From: a virus
Length of the DNA: 64,000 bases
Reading direction: 5' to 3' (one strand)
Virus record (IMG/VR): IMGVR_UViG_3300042691_052885
Coordinates: 2,255-66,254 of that record
Numbering within the stretch: the stretch's first letter is position 1; each line of letters begins with the position of its first letter. The notes beneath the pieces were generated by a model that was not told where the DNA came from, did not search any database, and saw only the letters and a list, made by a program, of their open reading frames with translations. Positions 1 through 10,036 of this stretch are shown piece after piece. The position numbers were made by a program, and so were the translations under genes.

Positions 1-14
1 AGAGGATCAGCGGA

Positions 15-1691
15 ATGAAAATACTATCAGTAGAATTTAAGAACTTTGCGTCTTATGGAAATAGGACTCAAAAAATTTCCTTTGAAGGGTCGGCCGGCGC
101 TTTTTATGTAGTCACTGGTCATAATGGCGCAGGAAAATCCACTATATCGGATGTGATTAAGTACGGCCTATACGGAAAACTTGATAACAAAAAGAACCGG
201 GATATTCCAAATCGCTTCAATGGAAATATGTATGTAAAAATTGTAGTAGAAAAAAGGCCTGGCCTAATCGCTACAATTGAAAGAGGATTAGCACCTAATT
301 TTTTCCGGGTGTTTATTAATGGAGTAGAGTACGACCAGGCCGGAAAACGAAATGTGCAAGACTTTTTGGAAGAAGAAATCTTAGGCATCCCTTACTATAT
401 TTTCAACAATATTGTTTCGCTTTCAATTAATGACTTTAAGTCTTTTTTAGGCATGAGTCCGCATGATAAACGACAGATTATTGACAGACTTTTCGGGCTG
501 GAAATTCTTGGTCATTTACGGTGGTATGTAAAAGAGCATCTTAAAGGTATAAAAGAAGGAGTCACCGGTATTAGCACAGAAATTGCTGTGTTAGAGAGAT
601 CAATTGAAACGTCAAGCCGGGAGCTTGAATCTTTATTTGAAAAACTAAAGTCAGCTGATGAAGAGAAAAAAGGGCAAATTATTGAAAGCATTCAAAAAGT
701 ACATGAGTACATCAAGGAGGCTGATAAGAAAATTGAAGAAATTGCAGAAAAAGAGTCTCGAGTAAAAGAAACTCTTCGAGGCTGGAACAAGCAATTAACT
801 GAAAAGCAATATCAGCTTCGCGCAAAGAAAGAAAAGGACAATCTGTATAAAAATGACTGCTGTCCTACATGCGGTTCAGATTTGCATACTGACTTTCATA
901 AATCTCTTATGGAAGAAAACGCAAAAGATATTGAAGCTATTGAATCCGAACTTACCACTATCAAGGAAACGCTTTCTCAAATGGAAGAAAATTCCAAGAA
1001 AATTGATGCAATAAAAACGGATATAACTTCTAAGAAAGCAGCAGCTCGGCAAAAAGCAATTGCTTTGCAAAAAGAACTCGATTTGTTATCTGACGGCAGT
1101 GTTAAAGATGAACAAACAAATTCGTTAAAGAGTATTATTGAGGAAAGCGAAACCCAAAAAGTGGTGGCTACCAAGAAACGTGATGAGGAAGAAAAGAAAA
1201 TTAACTTCTACAAAATAGTGGAGGAAATCTTTGGAGACCGCGGAGTTAAGCTTTCTGCAATTAAAAGAATTGTACCAGTTCTAAACCAGGAAATACGTAA
1301 AGTTTTAGCAGAACTGAATGTTGACTACCGTGTAACATTTGAAGAGGATTTTAGCGTCAAGCTTATGCACATGGGATATGATGTATCGGTGGATCAATTA
1401 AGTACCGGCGAAAGAAAGAAGATTGATTTTGCAGTAATTATTGCTCTCATTCGTATTATGAAAATAAAATTTCATGGATTAAACCTAATCTTCTTGGATG
1501 AAATCTTTTCATCCATTGATAGCGATGGTATTTGGCATATTTTAGGCGTGCTCTCTCGGGCATCGGTAGATTTAGGTATTCATACCTTTGTAATCAATCA
1601 CAGTAATCTGCCAACAGAGTTGTTTAACTATAAAGTAGAAATTGAAAAAAAGAACGGGTTTTCCGAGCTTACCATTGAACCAGTAAAGTGA
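15..1691 (+). CDS. SbcC/Rad50-like recombination endonuclease ATPase subunit (T4 gp46-like)
   Basis: Walker A GHNGAGKS, zinc hook CPTCG in a long coiled coil, signature LSTGE, Walker B IFLDE, H-loop. Confidence 0.93.
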   Translation: MKILSVEFKNFASYGNRTQKISFEGSAGAFYVVTGHNGAGKSTISDVIKYGLYGKLDNKKNRDIPNRFNGNMYVKIVVEKRPGLIATIERGLAPNFFRVFINGVEYDQAGKRNVQDFLEEEILGIPYYIFNNIVSLSINDFKSFLGMSPHDKRQIIDRLFGLEILGHLRWYVKEHLKGIKEGVTGISTEIAVLERSIETSSRELESLFEKLKSADEEKKGQIIESIQKVHEYIKEADKKIEEIAEKESRVKETLRGWNKQLTEKQYQLRAKKEKDNLYKNDCCPTCGSDLHTDFHKSLMEENAKDIEAIESELTTIKETLSQMEENSKKIDAIKTDITSKKAAARQKAIALQKELDLLSDGSVKDEQTNSLKSIIEESETQKVVATKKRDEEEKKINFYKIVEEIFGDRGVKLSAIKRIVPVLNQEIRKVLAELNVDYRVTFEEDFSVKLMHMGYDVSVDQLSTGERKKIDFAVIIALIRIMKIKFHGLNLIFLDEIFSSIDSDGIWHILGVLSRASVDLGIHTFVINHSNLPTELFNYKVEIEKKNGFSELTIEPVK

Positions 1692-1700
1692 GATATATAG
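1692..1700 (+). promoter_or_regulatory. Putative late promoter GATATATAG
   Basis: Identical 9-mer at 1692, 3274, 13764, 18326, 24230 and 43768, mostly ahead of virion genes; resembles T4 late TATAAATA. Confidence 0.7.
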
Positions 1701-1715
1701 AAAAAGCCTTTTATA

Positions 1716-3248
1716 GTGCCATCTAACTACCTACATAAGTATAACACAGACAATGTACACGCAAGAGCGGTTATCATTGGTTTGGTAAATTTGCTAAACA
1801 GCAAGGTTCAATTTGAAAACATTTATTCAGACACTCAAAAAAGTATAGTAACTGTACCATTTTACTATAACTTTGGTGGCGACGAACGGTTTTTACAAGA
1901 CTACTTCTTAGAATGGAATGAATGTGTTACTCAGCAAATGGTAGATGGAAACGTTGATCCAATACCTCGTGGAATTGTAACCTTAACTTCAAGCACCATT
2001 AATACTAATATGCTTACTAACCGTTTTATACGCGGCAATTACGTAAAGCAGGTTGGTAATGAAGTTCTTACCTACAATTCATTTATTAATCCAATACCGC
2101 TTACAATGAATTTTGAGGTAAAGATTGTGGCGGACACTTCTCTTGATGCTTTTAAGATACAACAAGCAGTATTGGAAACTTTCTACAAAACACAGGTGTT
2201 TTCAGTGGAATTTAGAGGATTTCGTATTCCATGCCAAGCAGGGTTTCCTGAAGATCAAGGGATTGAAAAGACATTTGAATTTACGTATCAATCAGAAACC
2301 GAGATATCCTTTAATGTTCCTATTGAGCTTGAAACGTATTTCCCGGTAACAGATCCTACTACGGAAAGGTTTGGCGGAAACCGTATGAATTATCCTGGAG
2401 GGCCTAATATTGAATGGATTGCAGATGAGCAATACAATTTACCCAGGATAACTATTAAGTCGCCAACCGCTGACGAAACCTATTTCTCAGGAGGAAAACT
2501 TCCTATAACATGGACAAACACCGGTCCTATAACAAGAATTAATCTTTTTTATAGAATGGCCGGAGCAACCGAATGGATTCCAATAGTAAAGAACATACAA
2601 AATTCAGGATCCTATGTATGGGATGTTCCGTTTTTTAATTCGCAAGGCGTTAAGGTAGCAAAGGAGCCCACAAAGGTAACAGTGGCTACTACTTCAGGAA
2701 AGTTTTCACATTTAAGAGCAATCATTGATTCCACAGGCTCTGTTGATAAGATTGTAATACTTAATGGAGGACTTGGATACTATGGTGAAGATGAGGTAAA
2801 GGTATTTGATGAAACTAATCAAAATACAATTTCTCCGGTAATTTCACCTTCAGTGTCTGGCGGTATTATTGTAGGAACGAATGTTCTAGCAGTTGGCGCA
2901 GACTTTACTCCTACTCCTCTGAATAAAATTGAGTTAAAAATTGAAAACGCAAATAACGAAAGAGTTTTTGCTATTCTTTCAAAAACTACTCAATTTTATG
3001 CAGATACAACGGAAAGCCTTAGCGTTATTGAGAATTTAATACCAAACATCTCAGTACCCGAAAACCTGGCCTCTTTGAATTTGCAGGTAGGCCAGCCAAT
3101 TGAAGGAGCAGGTATACCACAAGGAGCAAAAATTGCATCTATAGATGCTGGTTTTAACACTATTGAAATAAATGCCCCAGCAACACAAACATTTACAGAA
3201 AACCCTCTGGTAGGCGCTACCTACACAGGAAACATCACAATACAGTAA
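1716..3248 (+). CDS. Tail terminator/sheath stabiliser (T4 gp15-like) with C-terminal Ig-like extension
   Basis: N-terminal VPFYY...IPRG...PIPLTMNFEV pattern of gp15; C-terminal ITIKSP...ITW...GSYVWDVP beta-sandwich; GTG start after late motif. Confidence 0.65.
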   Translation: MPSNYLHKYNTDNVHARAVIIGLVNLLNSKVQFENIYSDTQKSIVTVPFYYNFGGDERFLQDYFLEWNECVTQQMVDGNVDPIPRGIVTLTSSTINTNMLTNRFIRGNYVKQVGNEVLTYNSFINPIPLTMNFEVKIVADTSLDAFKIQQAVLETFYKTQVFSVEFRGFRIPCQAGFPEDQGIEKTFEFTYQSETEISFNVPIELETYFPVTDPTTERFGGNRMNYPGGPNIEWIADEQYNLPRITIKSPTADETYFSGGKLPITWTNTGPITRINLFYRMAGATEWIPIVKNIQNSGSYVWDVPFFNSQGVKVAKEPTKVTVATTSGKFSHLRAIIDSTGSVDKIVILNGGLGYYGEDEVKVFDETNQNTISPVISPSVSGGIIVGTNVLAVGADFTPTPLNKIELKIENANNERVFAILSKTTQFYADTTESLSVIENLIPNISVPENLASLNLQVGQPIEGAGIPQGAKIASIDAGFNTIEINAPATQTFTENPLVGATYTGNITIQ

Positions 3249-3273
3249 TTACAAAAAATCTTTTAAGGACAAA

Positions 3274-3282
3274 GATATATAG
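3274..3282 (+). promoter_or_regulatory. Putative late promoter GATATATAG
   Basis: Repeated motif upstream of ATG 3309. Confidence 0.7.
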
Positions 3283-3308
3283 TTAGAAGAAAATAAAATC
3301 AAAGGCAC

Positions 3309-4883
3309 ATGTCTAAACTACAAAATAGAATTGAGAATTTGCAATCTAAGACTACTTCGACTGCAGTTCTTGAAGCATGCAATGAGGCTATCAACAAGAT
3401 TCAGAAAAACCAAAGCTTTTCAGTATCTGCTGCGGAGAATCAAATGTTGGAATCAGAAGTCATTAGTGATTTAGTAGAATCACTTTCAAAAGTTGAAGAT
3501 GAAGCTGCAAAGCAGTTCGTTTCAATGGTAATGGTTGAAAAGAGAGTAGAAAATCTCGATAACCTCGGTGTAAAGAAAGCTGTTGCTGCTATTCGCGAGT
3601 CAAGCATTGTTAACCACCCAGCATTTACTTACGTATTTGAAAAAGTTGCCGCTATGGCTAAGCAACCTGAATGGATGGTAATTGAAAGCGCTATTTCTGC
3701 TTTAACACCATTTAATTGGGATGCAACGGTTAATGAATGTTTAATTGCTTTAACTGAAAACGCAGATAAGTATCGTGAAGAAATCAAAATCTACTCTATT
3801 GTAGAAAATTTGAAAAAGTCTTCTTCTAGCTATTTGCTTCCTTCTATATCAAATTTGTTGGAAAGCTACCTAACAAATCGTGGAAGTTCTGAAAGAGTAA
3901 GATTAATGGAAAGAGCTTCTCAGTTCTTATTTGATCCACATGTTAAGAGTTTACATAACTTTTTAGCAGAATCTGAAAGAGCATTTCATGTTGCTACTAA
4001 TGATAATAGCTGTACAGTAAACCGCGTTTACTCTCCTATTGTTCTTTCTGAGGCATGCGAATACTTTATTGTAGAAGGACAAGTTTACAAAAAGTTTGAA
4101 GATACTATCAGTATTGCAAATGAGGAAGAAATCAATGCATTGCCCGAGTCATTTAAGGCAGTTGCTGAAATTCTTTCTTGGGATAACACCGTAGTTTCTG
4201 AAGGAAACGTTAAGGTTTATTCAGGAGACAAGATCATTGAGGTTACTGAATCTGAAGTAAAAATTAATGGTCACGCCGTAACTACTTCTGATATTCATAA
4301 AGTTTATTTGAACTCAGGAGTATTCAAGATGAATGAGCGCAAGCACATCGATGCTATCTTCGTTATTAAAGAAAATTGGAATACAATTTTTGAAATGGAT
4401 ATGGTAAAAACTATCAAATCAAAAGTTGATCCAGCTAAAACGGTTTCTATCTTTTTTGTAGGCGAAAACATCTACATTAATAAGTCAAACCGTATGATGA
4501 ATGAAAACGTATTCTATAAGAATTGCACTGCAATTCAAACCAAGAATTTGGTTATGGAATATATGAAGACTGACATTTCTTCTACTTTCTCTCAATTGCT
4601 AAATGAAGAGGAAAAGCAAATTAAAGAAGCAAATCGTTTGAAAGAAGAGTTTATTCAAGCAATTAATTATTTGAATGAGCAAAGACAGAAGTTGGAATCT
4701 GCTGTTGCTTCAATAGGAGAAAGCCAAGAAATCAAGGATTTGATATCTGCAATTGATGAAGAAATCTCTTTCGTTAAAGCTGAGTATTCAAAAGTTTCCG
4801 CTGCTCAAACATCAGCAACTACCATTTCTGAAGGTATGGGAGTTAATGTTGGCGATGAAGCCACGCTAGGAAAAAAAAAGTAA
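3309..4883 (+). CDS. Late coiled-coil protein (possible head/scaffold component), short form
   Basis: 524-aa ORF after late motif, Glu-rich helical; ends GGA AAA AAA AAG TAA. Confidence 0.55.
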   Translation: MSKLQNRIENLQSKTTSTAVLEACNEAINKIQKNQSFSVSAAENQMLESEVISDLVESLSKVEDEAAKQFVSMVMVEKRVENLDNLGVKKAVAAIRESSIVNHPAFTYVFEKVAAMAKQPEWMVIESAISALTPFNWDATVNECLIALTENADKYREEIKIYSIVENLKKSSSSYLLPSISNLLESYLTNRGSSERVRLMERASQFLFDPHVKSLHNFLAESERAFHVATNDNSCTVNRVYSPIVLSEACEYFIVEGQVYKKFEDTISIANEEEINALPESFKAVAEILSWDNTVVSEGNVKVYSGDKIIEVTESEVKINGHAVTTSDIHKVYLNSGVFKMNERKHIDAIFVIKENWNTIFEMDMVKTIKSKVDPAKTVSIFFVGENIYINKSNRMMNENVFYKNCTAIQTKNLVMEYMKTDISSTFSQLLNEEEKQIKEANRLKEEFIQAINYLNEQRQKLESAVASIGESQEIKDLISAIDEEISFVKAEYSKVSAAQTSATTISEGMGVNVGDEATLGKKK

Positions 4884-5506
4884 CAATCACAGCAGTTGAT
4901 TCTGCTGGAAAATTTGTTACTACTGTTGATGAAGAGGGATCTTCATATAAAGCAAAAGTTACTGACTTAAAAGATATTTCTAAGAAAAAACGTGGGGTTC
5001 CTGGTAACCCCACGGAAATTATTACACAAGGAGATGGCGTAACTGTTGCCATTAAAGAAAAAGAGGAAGGTTATGTTCCCGCAACCCTTTCAGTCGAAGC
5101 AGGCGGTCTACCTGCTGGATCAAAGGTTTTAGTAAAAGCTATCGATTATACATCAAAATCCGACACTGAAAATGTGGAGGTTATTCTTCCTGGGAAAAAA
5201 TCAGTCTCAGTCAAAAAATCCGATGTAAAACTTTTTGAAGCTGGCGTATATAATTCTGAAACGGATATAAACAACAATCCTAAAACAGATGAAAACAAGC
5301 CAGACGAAACTACTGAAAAACTCCAAAGCATTCTTGATTTGGTGGACGGAACTATTGCACACTTGCAAGAACTAAAATCCGCGGTAGATGAAGGAACCTC
5401 GCTTTCATCGGAATCATTAGAAAAATGCATAACGGAACTAACAACCTACAAACAGAATCTGCAGTCGGAGTCGGAGTACTCCCAGAAAGCGGAAGTAAGC
5501 GCGTAA
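4880..5506 (+). CDS. -1 frame C-terminal extension of the 3309 protein (includes track ORF 5174..5506)
   Basis: Frame open from 4859 to 5506 with no ATG/GTG/TTG until 5174; reached by -1 slip at A AAA AAG. Confidence 0.65.
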   Translation, partial: VTITAVDSAGKFVTTVDEEGSSYKAKVTDLKDISKKKRGVPGNPTEIITQGDGVTVAIKEKEEGYVPATLSVEAGGLPAGSKVLVKAIDYTSKSDTENVEVILPGKKSVSVKKSDVKLFEAGVYNSETDINNNPKTDENKPDETTEKLQSILDLVDGTIAHLQELKSAVDEGTSLSSESLEKCITELTTYKQNLQSESEYSQKAEVSA

Positions 5507-5862
5507 AGAAAACGCCTTCAAATTACTACATTAATCCTGCCGAGTTACGAGAGGAGGTTATTAAGTCAAAAGAAAGAAATGAGCTTACGCCGCGCGCGGT
5601 TGCAATGTTTCAAACTATGGCTAAAGAGGCTTCCAAAAAATTAAGATACCGTGATGAGGAAGATCGTAAAGACTGCATTGCATTTGCAATGATGGATGTA
5701 GTTCGTTATTGGAGAAGCTACAATCCAGAAAAATCAAAAGATCCGTTTGCATATTTTACGCAAATGATTAAGAATGGTTTTGCAAAAGGCTGGAGAAAAT
5801 TACATCCGCTTTCTTCAGGAGAAAAGGTATCACTTAGTCACGATAACATATATACAATGTGA
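5425..5862 (+). CDS. Late-transcription sigma factor (T4 gp55-like)
   Basis: YYINPAEL...YNPEKSKDPFAYFTQ motif typical of gp55; no sigma region 4. Confidence 0.8.
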   Translation: MHNGTNNLQTESAVGVGVLPESGSKRVKKTPSNYYINPAELREEVIKSKERNELTPRAVAMFQTMAKEASKKLRYRDEEDRKDCIAFAMMDVVRYWRSYNPEKSKDPFAYFTQMIKNGFAKGWRKLHPLSSGEKVSLSHDNIYTM

Positions 5863-6377
5863 GGCAACAGACTAATAAACATAATGGTCCACAAAGAAGA
5901 GGAAGATACCGTCAGGGTTATTACATACCAACAAACCCTACAAAATACATAGGCGATCCTTCCAAAATTATTTTTAGATCTTCATGGGAATACTATTTTT
6001 GTAAGTATTGCGATGAAACTCCTGAAATTCTTACATGGTCTTCTGAGCCTATTGCCATTCCGTATATTAGTCCGCTTGACAATAAAGAACACAGTTATTT
6101 TGTAGACTTTTATATGAAGCTTCAGAAAGGCGAAGAACAAATAGAATACCTGGTAGAGATTAAGCCTTCCAAATCATTAAAACAACCTATGATGAAAGAA
6201 GGCCTAACCACTATAAAACGACTAAAGGAATATAATGAAAATGCAAAAACTTGGGTGGTCAATCGCGCAAAATTTAGAGCTGCCGAAGAATTTGCTAGAA
6301 TAACAAACAAAAAATTCATTATAGTAACTGAGGAGTTTTTATTCAAAAGATCTAATGGAAATGGAAAGTCCCGCTAA
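5859..6377 (+). CDS. Head completion protein, TnsA-like nuclease fold (T4 gp4-like)
   Basis: PTNPTKYIGD, FRSSWE, WSSE, YFVDF, VEIKP, IVTE motifs. Confidence 0.88.
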   Translation: MRQQTNKHNGPQRRGRYRQGYYIPTNPTKYIGDPSKIIFRSSWEYYFCKYCDETPEILTWSSEPIAIPYISPLDNKEHSYFVDFYMKLQKGEEQIEYLVEIKPSKSLKQPMMKEGLTTIKRLKEYNENAKTWVVNRAKFRAAEEFARITNKKFIIVTEEFLFKRSNGNGKSR

Positions 6378-7086
6378 AAGCTATCAATCAAATAAGGATA
6401 ATGTAGAAATGCGTAAAAACGCGTATCTCTACTTTATGAAAAAATACTTTAAGGATCCTTTTAAGGATGACGGGTTTTTGGATTCAACTGAGAGGCTTTC
6501 CGGTAAAAAAATGAAAAGGTTTATACCCGGAAAAATTTATACCTTTAGATATGATCCACTGTATAAAGACATTTTGGATTATTACGACAAACAGCCAATC
6601 ATACTTTGCTGTGGCCAATGGGACGCGGAAACTACCGGAAATACTATAGTCACTGGAATTAACTTGAACTTTTTGCCAGAGATTGCACGGGTAAATACTT
6701 TGGAGTACTACTACCAATCGGTAAAGGAAGACTTAAATATGGCTTATAGTAAAACTATGCAAACCAATGAAGTTTCATTTATTAAAAAAGCTATACTTGT
6801 TTTGCAAGATGTGGTAAAATCATTTAATGTGTTTAACCGAGCTGGACAAATAGGTTATCAATTTGCAATGAGAAACTATATAGTAGGCGGGCGTATGCAA
6901 AAAGTTTCAATTGTAGAATACGATGATTGGACATGGATTCCGTTTATACAAACCAAAGACATTGTAGGAAAAAGCTTAAAGGAAATTCAACAGGAATACA
7001 TTATGCAAAAAAGAGAACTTGCAAAAAAACAGCCTCCGATATTACGCGGAGAAAAAACAAAAAAGAGAAAATACACAAACAGATAA
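6355..7086 (+). CDS. DNA end protector (T4 gp2-like)
   Basis: PGKIYTFRYDP...YYDKQP...GINLNFLP motifs; next to gp4. Confidence 0.8.
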   Translation: MEMESPAKSYQSNKDNVEMRKNAYLYFMKKYFKDPFKDDGFLDSTERLSGKKMKRFIPGKIYTFRYDPLYKDILDYYDKQPIILCCGQWDAETTGNTIVTGINLNFLPEIARVNTLEYYYQSVKEDLNMAYSKTMQTNEVSFIKKAILVLQDVVKSFNVFNRAGQIGYQFAMRNYIVGGRMQKVSIVEYDDWTWIPFIQTKDIVGKSLKEIQQEYIMQKRELAKKQPPILRGEKTKKRKYTNR

Positions 7087-7110
7087 ATACATTTGAAATA
7101 AGAAAAAGCT

Positions 7111-8718
7111 ATGGCAGGATTTATTGATAGAGTAGGTACAAACCCTATATTTGGACAAATATCCAAAAGTTTGAAAAACCTATCGTCACTCGGCATGAAA
7201 TACGAGGACATGGTGGTTAAACAATCTCGAGCAGTCGGTGTTACCGAAGCCGAGTTTGGATTGCAGGGTTACTTACCCGAAGAGTTTCTGTATTCCCTTG
7301 CGTTATCTGACGTTGGTCAAAAGAAGTTTATTGCATTTTTTGATAAGGACTATAAGTCAAGAAGAGATTATCTTCGTAAGTTTGCAATGAATCCAGAAAT
7401 TGAATTCATTCTTGATACAGTGGCAGATGAAGCCATTGTATACGATGACACTAATTTCTTTGCAGAAATTGATACCACTCTCCTAAAAGGTATTTTGGAT
7501 CCGGAAAATGCTAAAGAGATCTTAAATGAAATTAATGCAACCTTCCGAAAAACATATGCTCACTTTCACTTTAATGAAGGCCATGATGCATGGGGCTATT
7601 TCAGACAGTTTTTGATTGATGGCTTTCTTGCATTTGAAATTATTTATGATCCCGAAGGAAAGAACGTAATTGGTTTCAAAGAACTTGATGCTACTTCTCT
7701 TCGTCCTGGCGTAGAAAAGAGCGGCGATAATATCTATCGCAAAATCTGGGTACAGTACGAGGATATTCCTTCAATGAAACGCGTACTCCTTGATTCTCAG
7801 GTAATTTACATTTCATATGCCAAAGGTAATTTTACAGGACGTATTTCCTACGCAGAACGTCTGGTTCGTTCGTTTAACCTATTGCGTATCATGGAAAACA
7901 GCCGTGTAATTTGGAACATTATGAACAGTAGTTTCCGTCTTAAAATGGTGGTTCCTATTGGTACTAAATCTCCGCAAAAGGCTAAGGAGAGCTTGGCAGA
8001 AATGATGGCAATCTATAAGGAAGATATCTCTCTTAACTATGATTCAGGCGAACTTACGGTAAACGGAAAGCCTGCAATGCAGTTCTATAAAAACTATCTC
8101 TTCCCGTCAAAGAATGGCGAACAGCCCGAGATTGAAACGATTGGCGGGGATGGCTATGATCTTAGCGATACTGATGCGTTGAAATACTTTGAGGACAAAT
8201 TAAAGATGGACTCAAAAATTCCATTTAGCCGTTTTGACAAATCACAAGATGGTGGATCTTTCAGTATTAGTTCTGACGGAATGGCTCGTGATGAAATAAG
8301 GTTTGCCCGCTTTATCAACCGTTTACGTTCGGTATTCCAAGAAGTGCTGGTTAAACCGGTGTTCTTACAAATCGGCATTAATCATCCGGAACTTGCTGAA
8401 GATGAATTGTTCAAATCTGCAATTGCTCTTAAATACATTACCGATAACCTATTTGAGGAAATGAAGGAAATGGATGTATTAGAGAAACGTTCATCCTTTA
8501 TCCAGTCAATGATGGGAATCAACGAAAAACAACCAGATTCTACCGGTATGATGCAAGACGTTCCGTACTTTGATCCTAAGTTCTTAATTGAAAAGTATTT
8601 AGGTCTGACTAAAAATGATATTGATCGTAATGAAGCTTACAAGGAGGAGCAAAAAATTAAAAATGATGCTGCAATGAAAGCCGCAGCACAAGCCTCTGGA
8701 ATGGCAGGCATGATGTAA
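7111..8718 (+). CDS. Portal protein (T4 gp20-like)
   Basis: PEIE...DEAIV, FRQFLIDG, LRIMEN, SKIPFSRF, RDEIRFARFINRLR motifs. Confidence 0.92.
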   Translation: MAGFIDRVGTNPIFGQISKSLKNLSSLGMKYEDMVVKQSRAVGVTEAEFGLQGYLPEEFLYSLALSDVGQKKFIAFFDKDYKSRRDYLRKFAMNPEIEFILDTVADEAIVYDDTNFFAEIDTTLLKGILDPENAKEILNEINATFRKTYAHFHFNEGHDAWGYFRQFLIDGFLAFEIIYDPEGKNVIGFKELDATSLRPGVEKSGDNIYRKIWVQYEDIPSMKRVLLDSQVIYISYAKGNFTGRISYAERLVRSFNLLRIMENSRVIWNIMNSSFRLKMVVPIGTKSPQKAKESLAEMMAIYKEDISLNYDSGELTVNGKPAMQFYKNYLFPSKNGEQPEIETIGGDGYDLSDTDALKYFEDKLKMDSKIPFSRFDKSQDGGSFSISSDGMARDEIRFARFINRLRSVFQEVLVKPVFLQIGINHPELAEDELFKSAIALKYITDNLFEEMKEMDVLEKRSSFIQSMMGINEKQPDSTGMMQDVPYFDPKFLIEKYLGLTKNDIDRNEAYKEEQKIKNDAAMKAAAQASGMAGMM

Positions 8719-8725
8719 AACATTT

Positions 8726-8800
8726 TGTTAATAACTTTAGACCCATAGATTTTTTTCTATGGGTTTTTTGTTTTATTTTTATACTATCAAATTAAATTAT
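8726..8800 (+). repeat. Gene-leading cassette element copy 1 (box + hairpin + T-tract + -7 element)
   Basis: TGTTAATAAC...CCCATAGA-T6-TCTATGGG-TTTTTT...TATTTTTATACTATCAAATT, ATG at 8801. Confidence 0.9.
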
Positions 8801-9073
8801 ATGAACACACCAAGATTTAACCGTCACGATCAAATGGATTCTGCAACTCGTCGTAGGATTTTAGATCTCATCTCAGATCTATCCATCACTGAAAATTGCA
8901 ATGCAAGCAATGTAATCAACATGCTCTACGGTGCATTTGATGGTTTTGATTACTCCGATGAAATATTTGCACAACACACTCTTCTTAACAGCTTAAATGA
9001 TGGTGGAAACACTCATTTAGTAAATGAAATCTTGGCAATCGCTAAAACTATCAAGTCCTATGAAAAACTCTAA
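8801..9073 (+). CDS. Hypothetical protein (start moved to ATG 8801)
   Basis: ATG directly follows the repeat element; the upstream track extension is the repeat itself. Confidence 0.7.
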   Translation: MNTPRFNRHDQMDSATRRRILDLISDLSITENCNASNVINMLYGAFDGFDYSDEIFAQHTLLNSLNDGGNTHLVNEILAIAKTIKSYEKL

Positions 9074-9674
9074 ATTTGCACCACAGCCTAAGCCTTTCAA
9101 AGAGCGGGCAAAAAACTTTGCACAGAGTATGCTATTCTGGAAAGGCCGACGTAAAGGCATGATTCATACATCCGACGTTAAGTTGGAAGATATCCGTGCT
9201 GTGTTTTTTCCGAAGAATTTTCATGAAAAATACCGGTATCTTGGCTCAATTCCGTGGAATGAAAACGGTTCATTGTTTGCGGCAATGGAATCATTAGTCA
9301 TTTTTATGGACTATAAAGCTAGACCAGCATGGTGCCCCAGGTGGTTTTTACGTTTCTTGCACCTGTTTGGCTCTGACAACTCGGTTGTCAGAGTACGTAA
9401 CCGCCGATTGCATAATCTTCAAAATAGGTTAACTCGTGGCATTTTTATGTATGACTACAAAACCAAGTGGGAGTGGTACGACTTACGTATTAGTGTTTCG
9501 GGCGACCAACAAATACAAAACTTGGCAGATGATATTGAAGAACGCTATTACTATCGAGGAGAACGTCAAGAGTTAAAGGAACGTATCCTGAAGAAAAACC
9601 CTGAAAGAAAACAAACTTACTGGGGAAGCAATCGAGAATTGGCCGAAGAATTAAACTCATTACAAATAGACTAA
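9060..9674 (+). CDS. Hypothetical protein
   Basis: ORF overlapping previous gene end; Trp/Arg-rich. Confidence 0.6.
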   Translation: MKNSKFAPQPKPFKERAKNFAQSMLFWKGRRKGMIHTSDVKLEDIRAVFFPKNFHEKYRYLGSIPWNENGSLFAAMESLVIFMDYKARPAWCPRWFLRFLHLFGSDNSVVRVRNRRLHNLQNRLTRGIFMYDYKTKWEWYDLRISVSGDQQIQNLADDIEERYYYRGERQELKERILKKNPERKQTYWGSNRELAEELNSLQID

Positions 9675-9685
9675 AACATAAAGAA

Positions 9686-9997
9686 ATGGCATTTCATTTA
9701 AGAAGAATTACAGATGGCGCCGGGGATTCCGGTGCTCGTAGCGAAGCCCTCTCTTGGAAAGAGGATGGCAAACTTGATAAAGTAGTTGACTATAAACCAA
9801 CTGTTGGCTGCTCAATGCTTGTAGGTTCTATTACCGCAAGATCTTACTCAGCCAATGATTATTGGTTAACCACACCAGTTACGGAAATCCTGGAAACAAT
9901 CGAAAACGAGGACACAACCTATTACAAATTTCGTACCGGCAATTCGGTTTATGAATGGTGGAACGGGTCATATCCATCAGAAACTTCCAAGAACTAA
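9686..9997 (+). CDS. Hypothetical phage protein
   Basis: WLTTPVTEI...FRTGNSVY small beta-protein motif common in phages. Confidence 0.65.
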   Translation: MAFHLRRITDGAGDSGARSEALSWKEDGKLDKVVDYKPTVGCSMLVGSITARSYSANDYWLTTPVTEILETIENEDTTYYKFRTGNSVYEWWNGSYPSETSKN

Positions 9998-10036
9998 GTA
10001 TACTTTACTGAATATAAATACTACAATACAATAAAT

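Noticed and set aside
5859-6377. TnsA transposase / Tn7 element
   Set aside because: Context between gp55 and gp2 identifies it as the gp4 head completion gene
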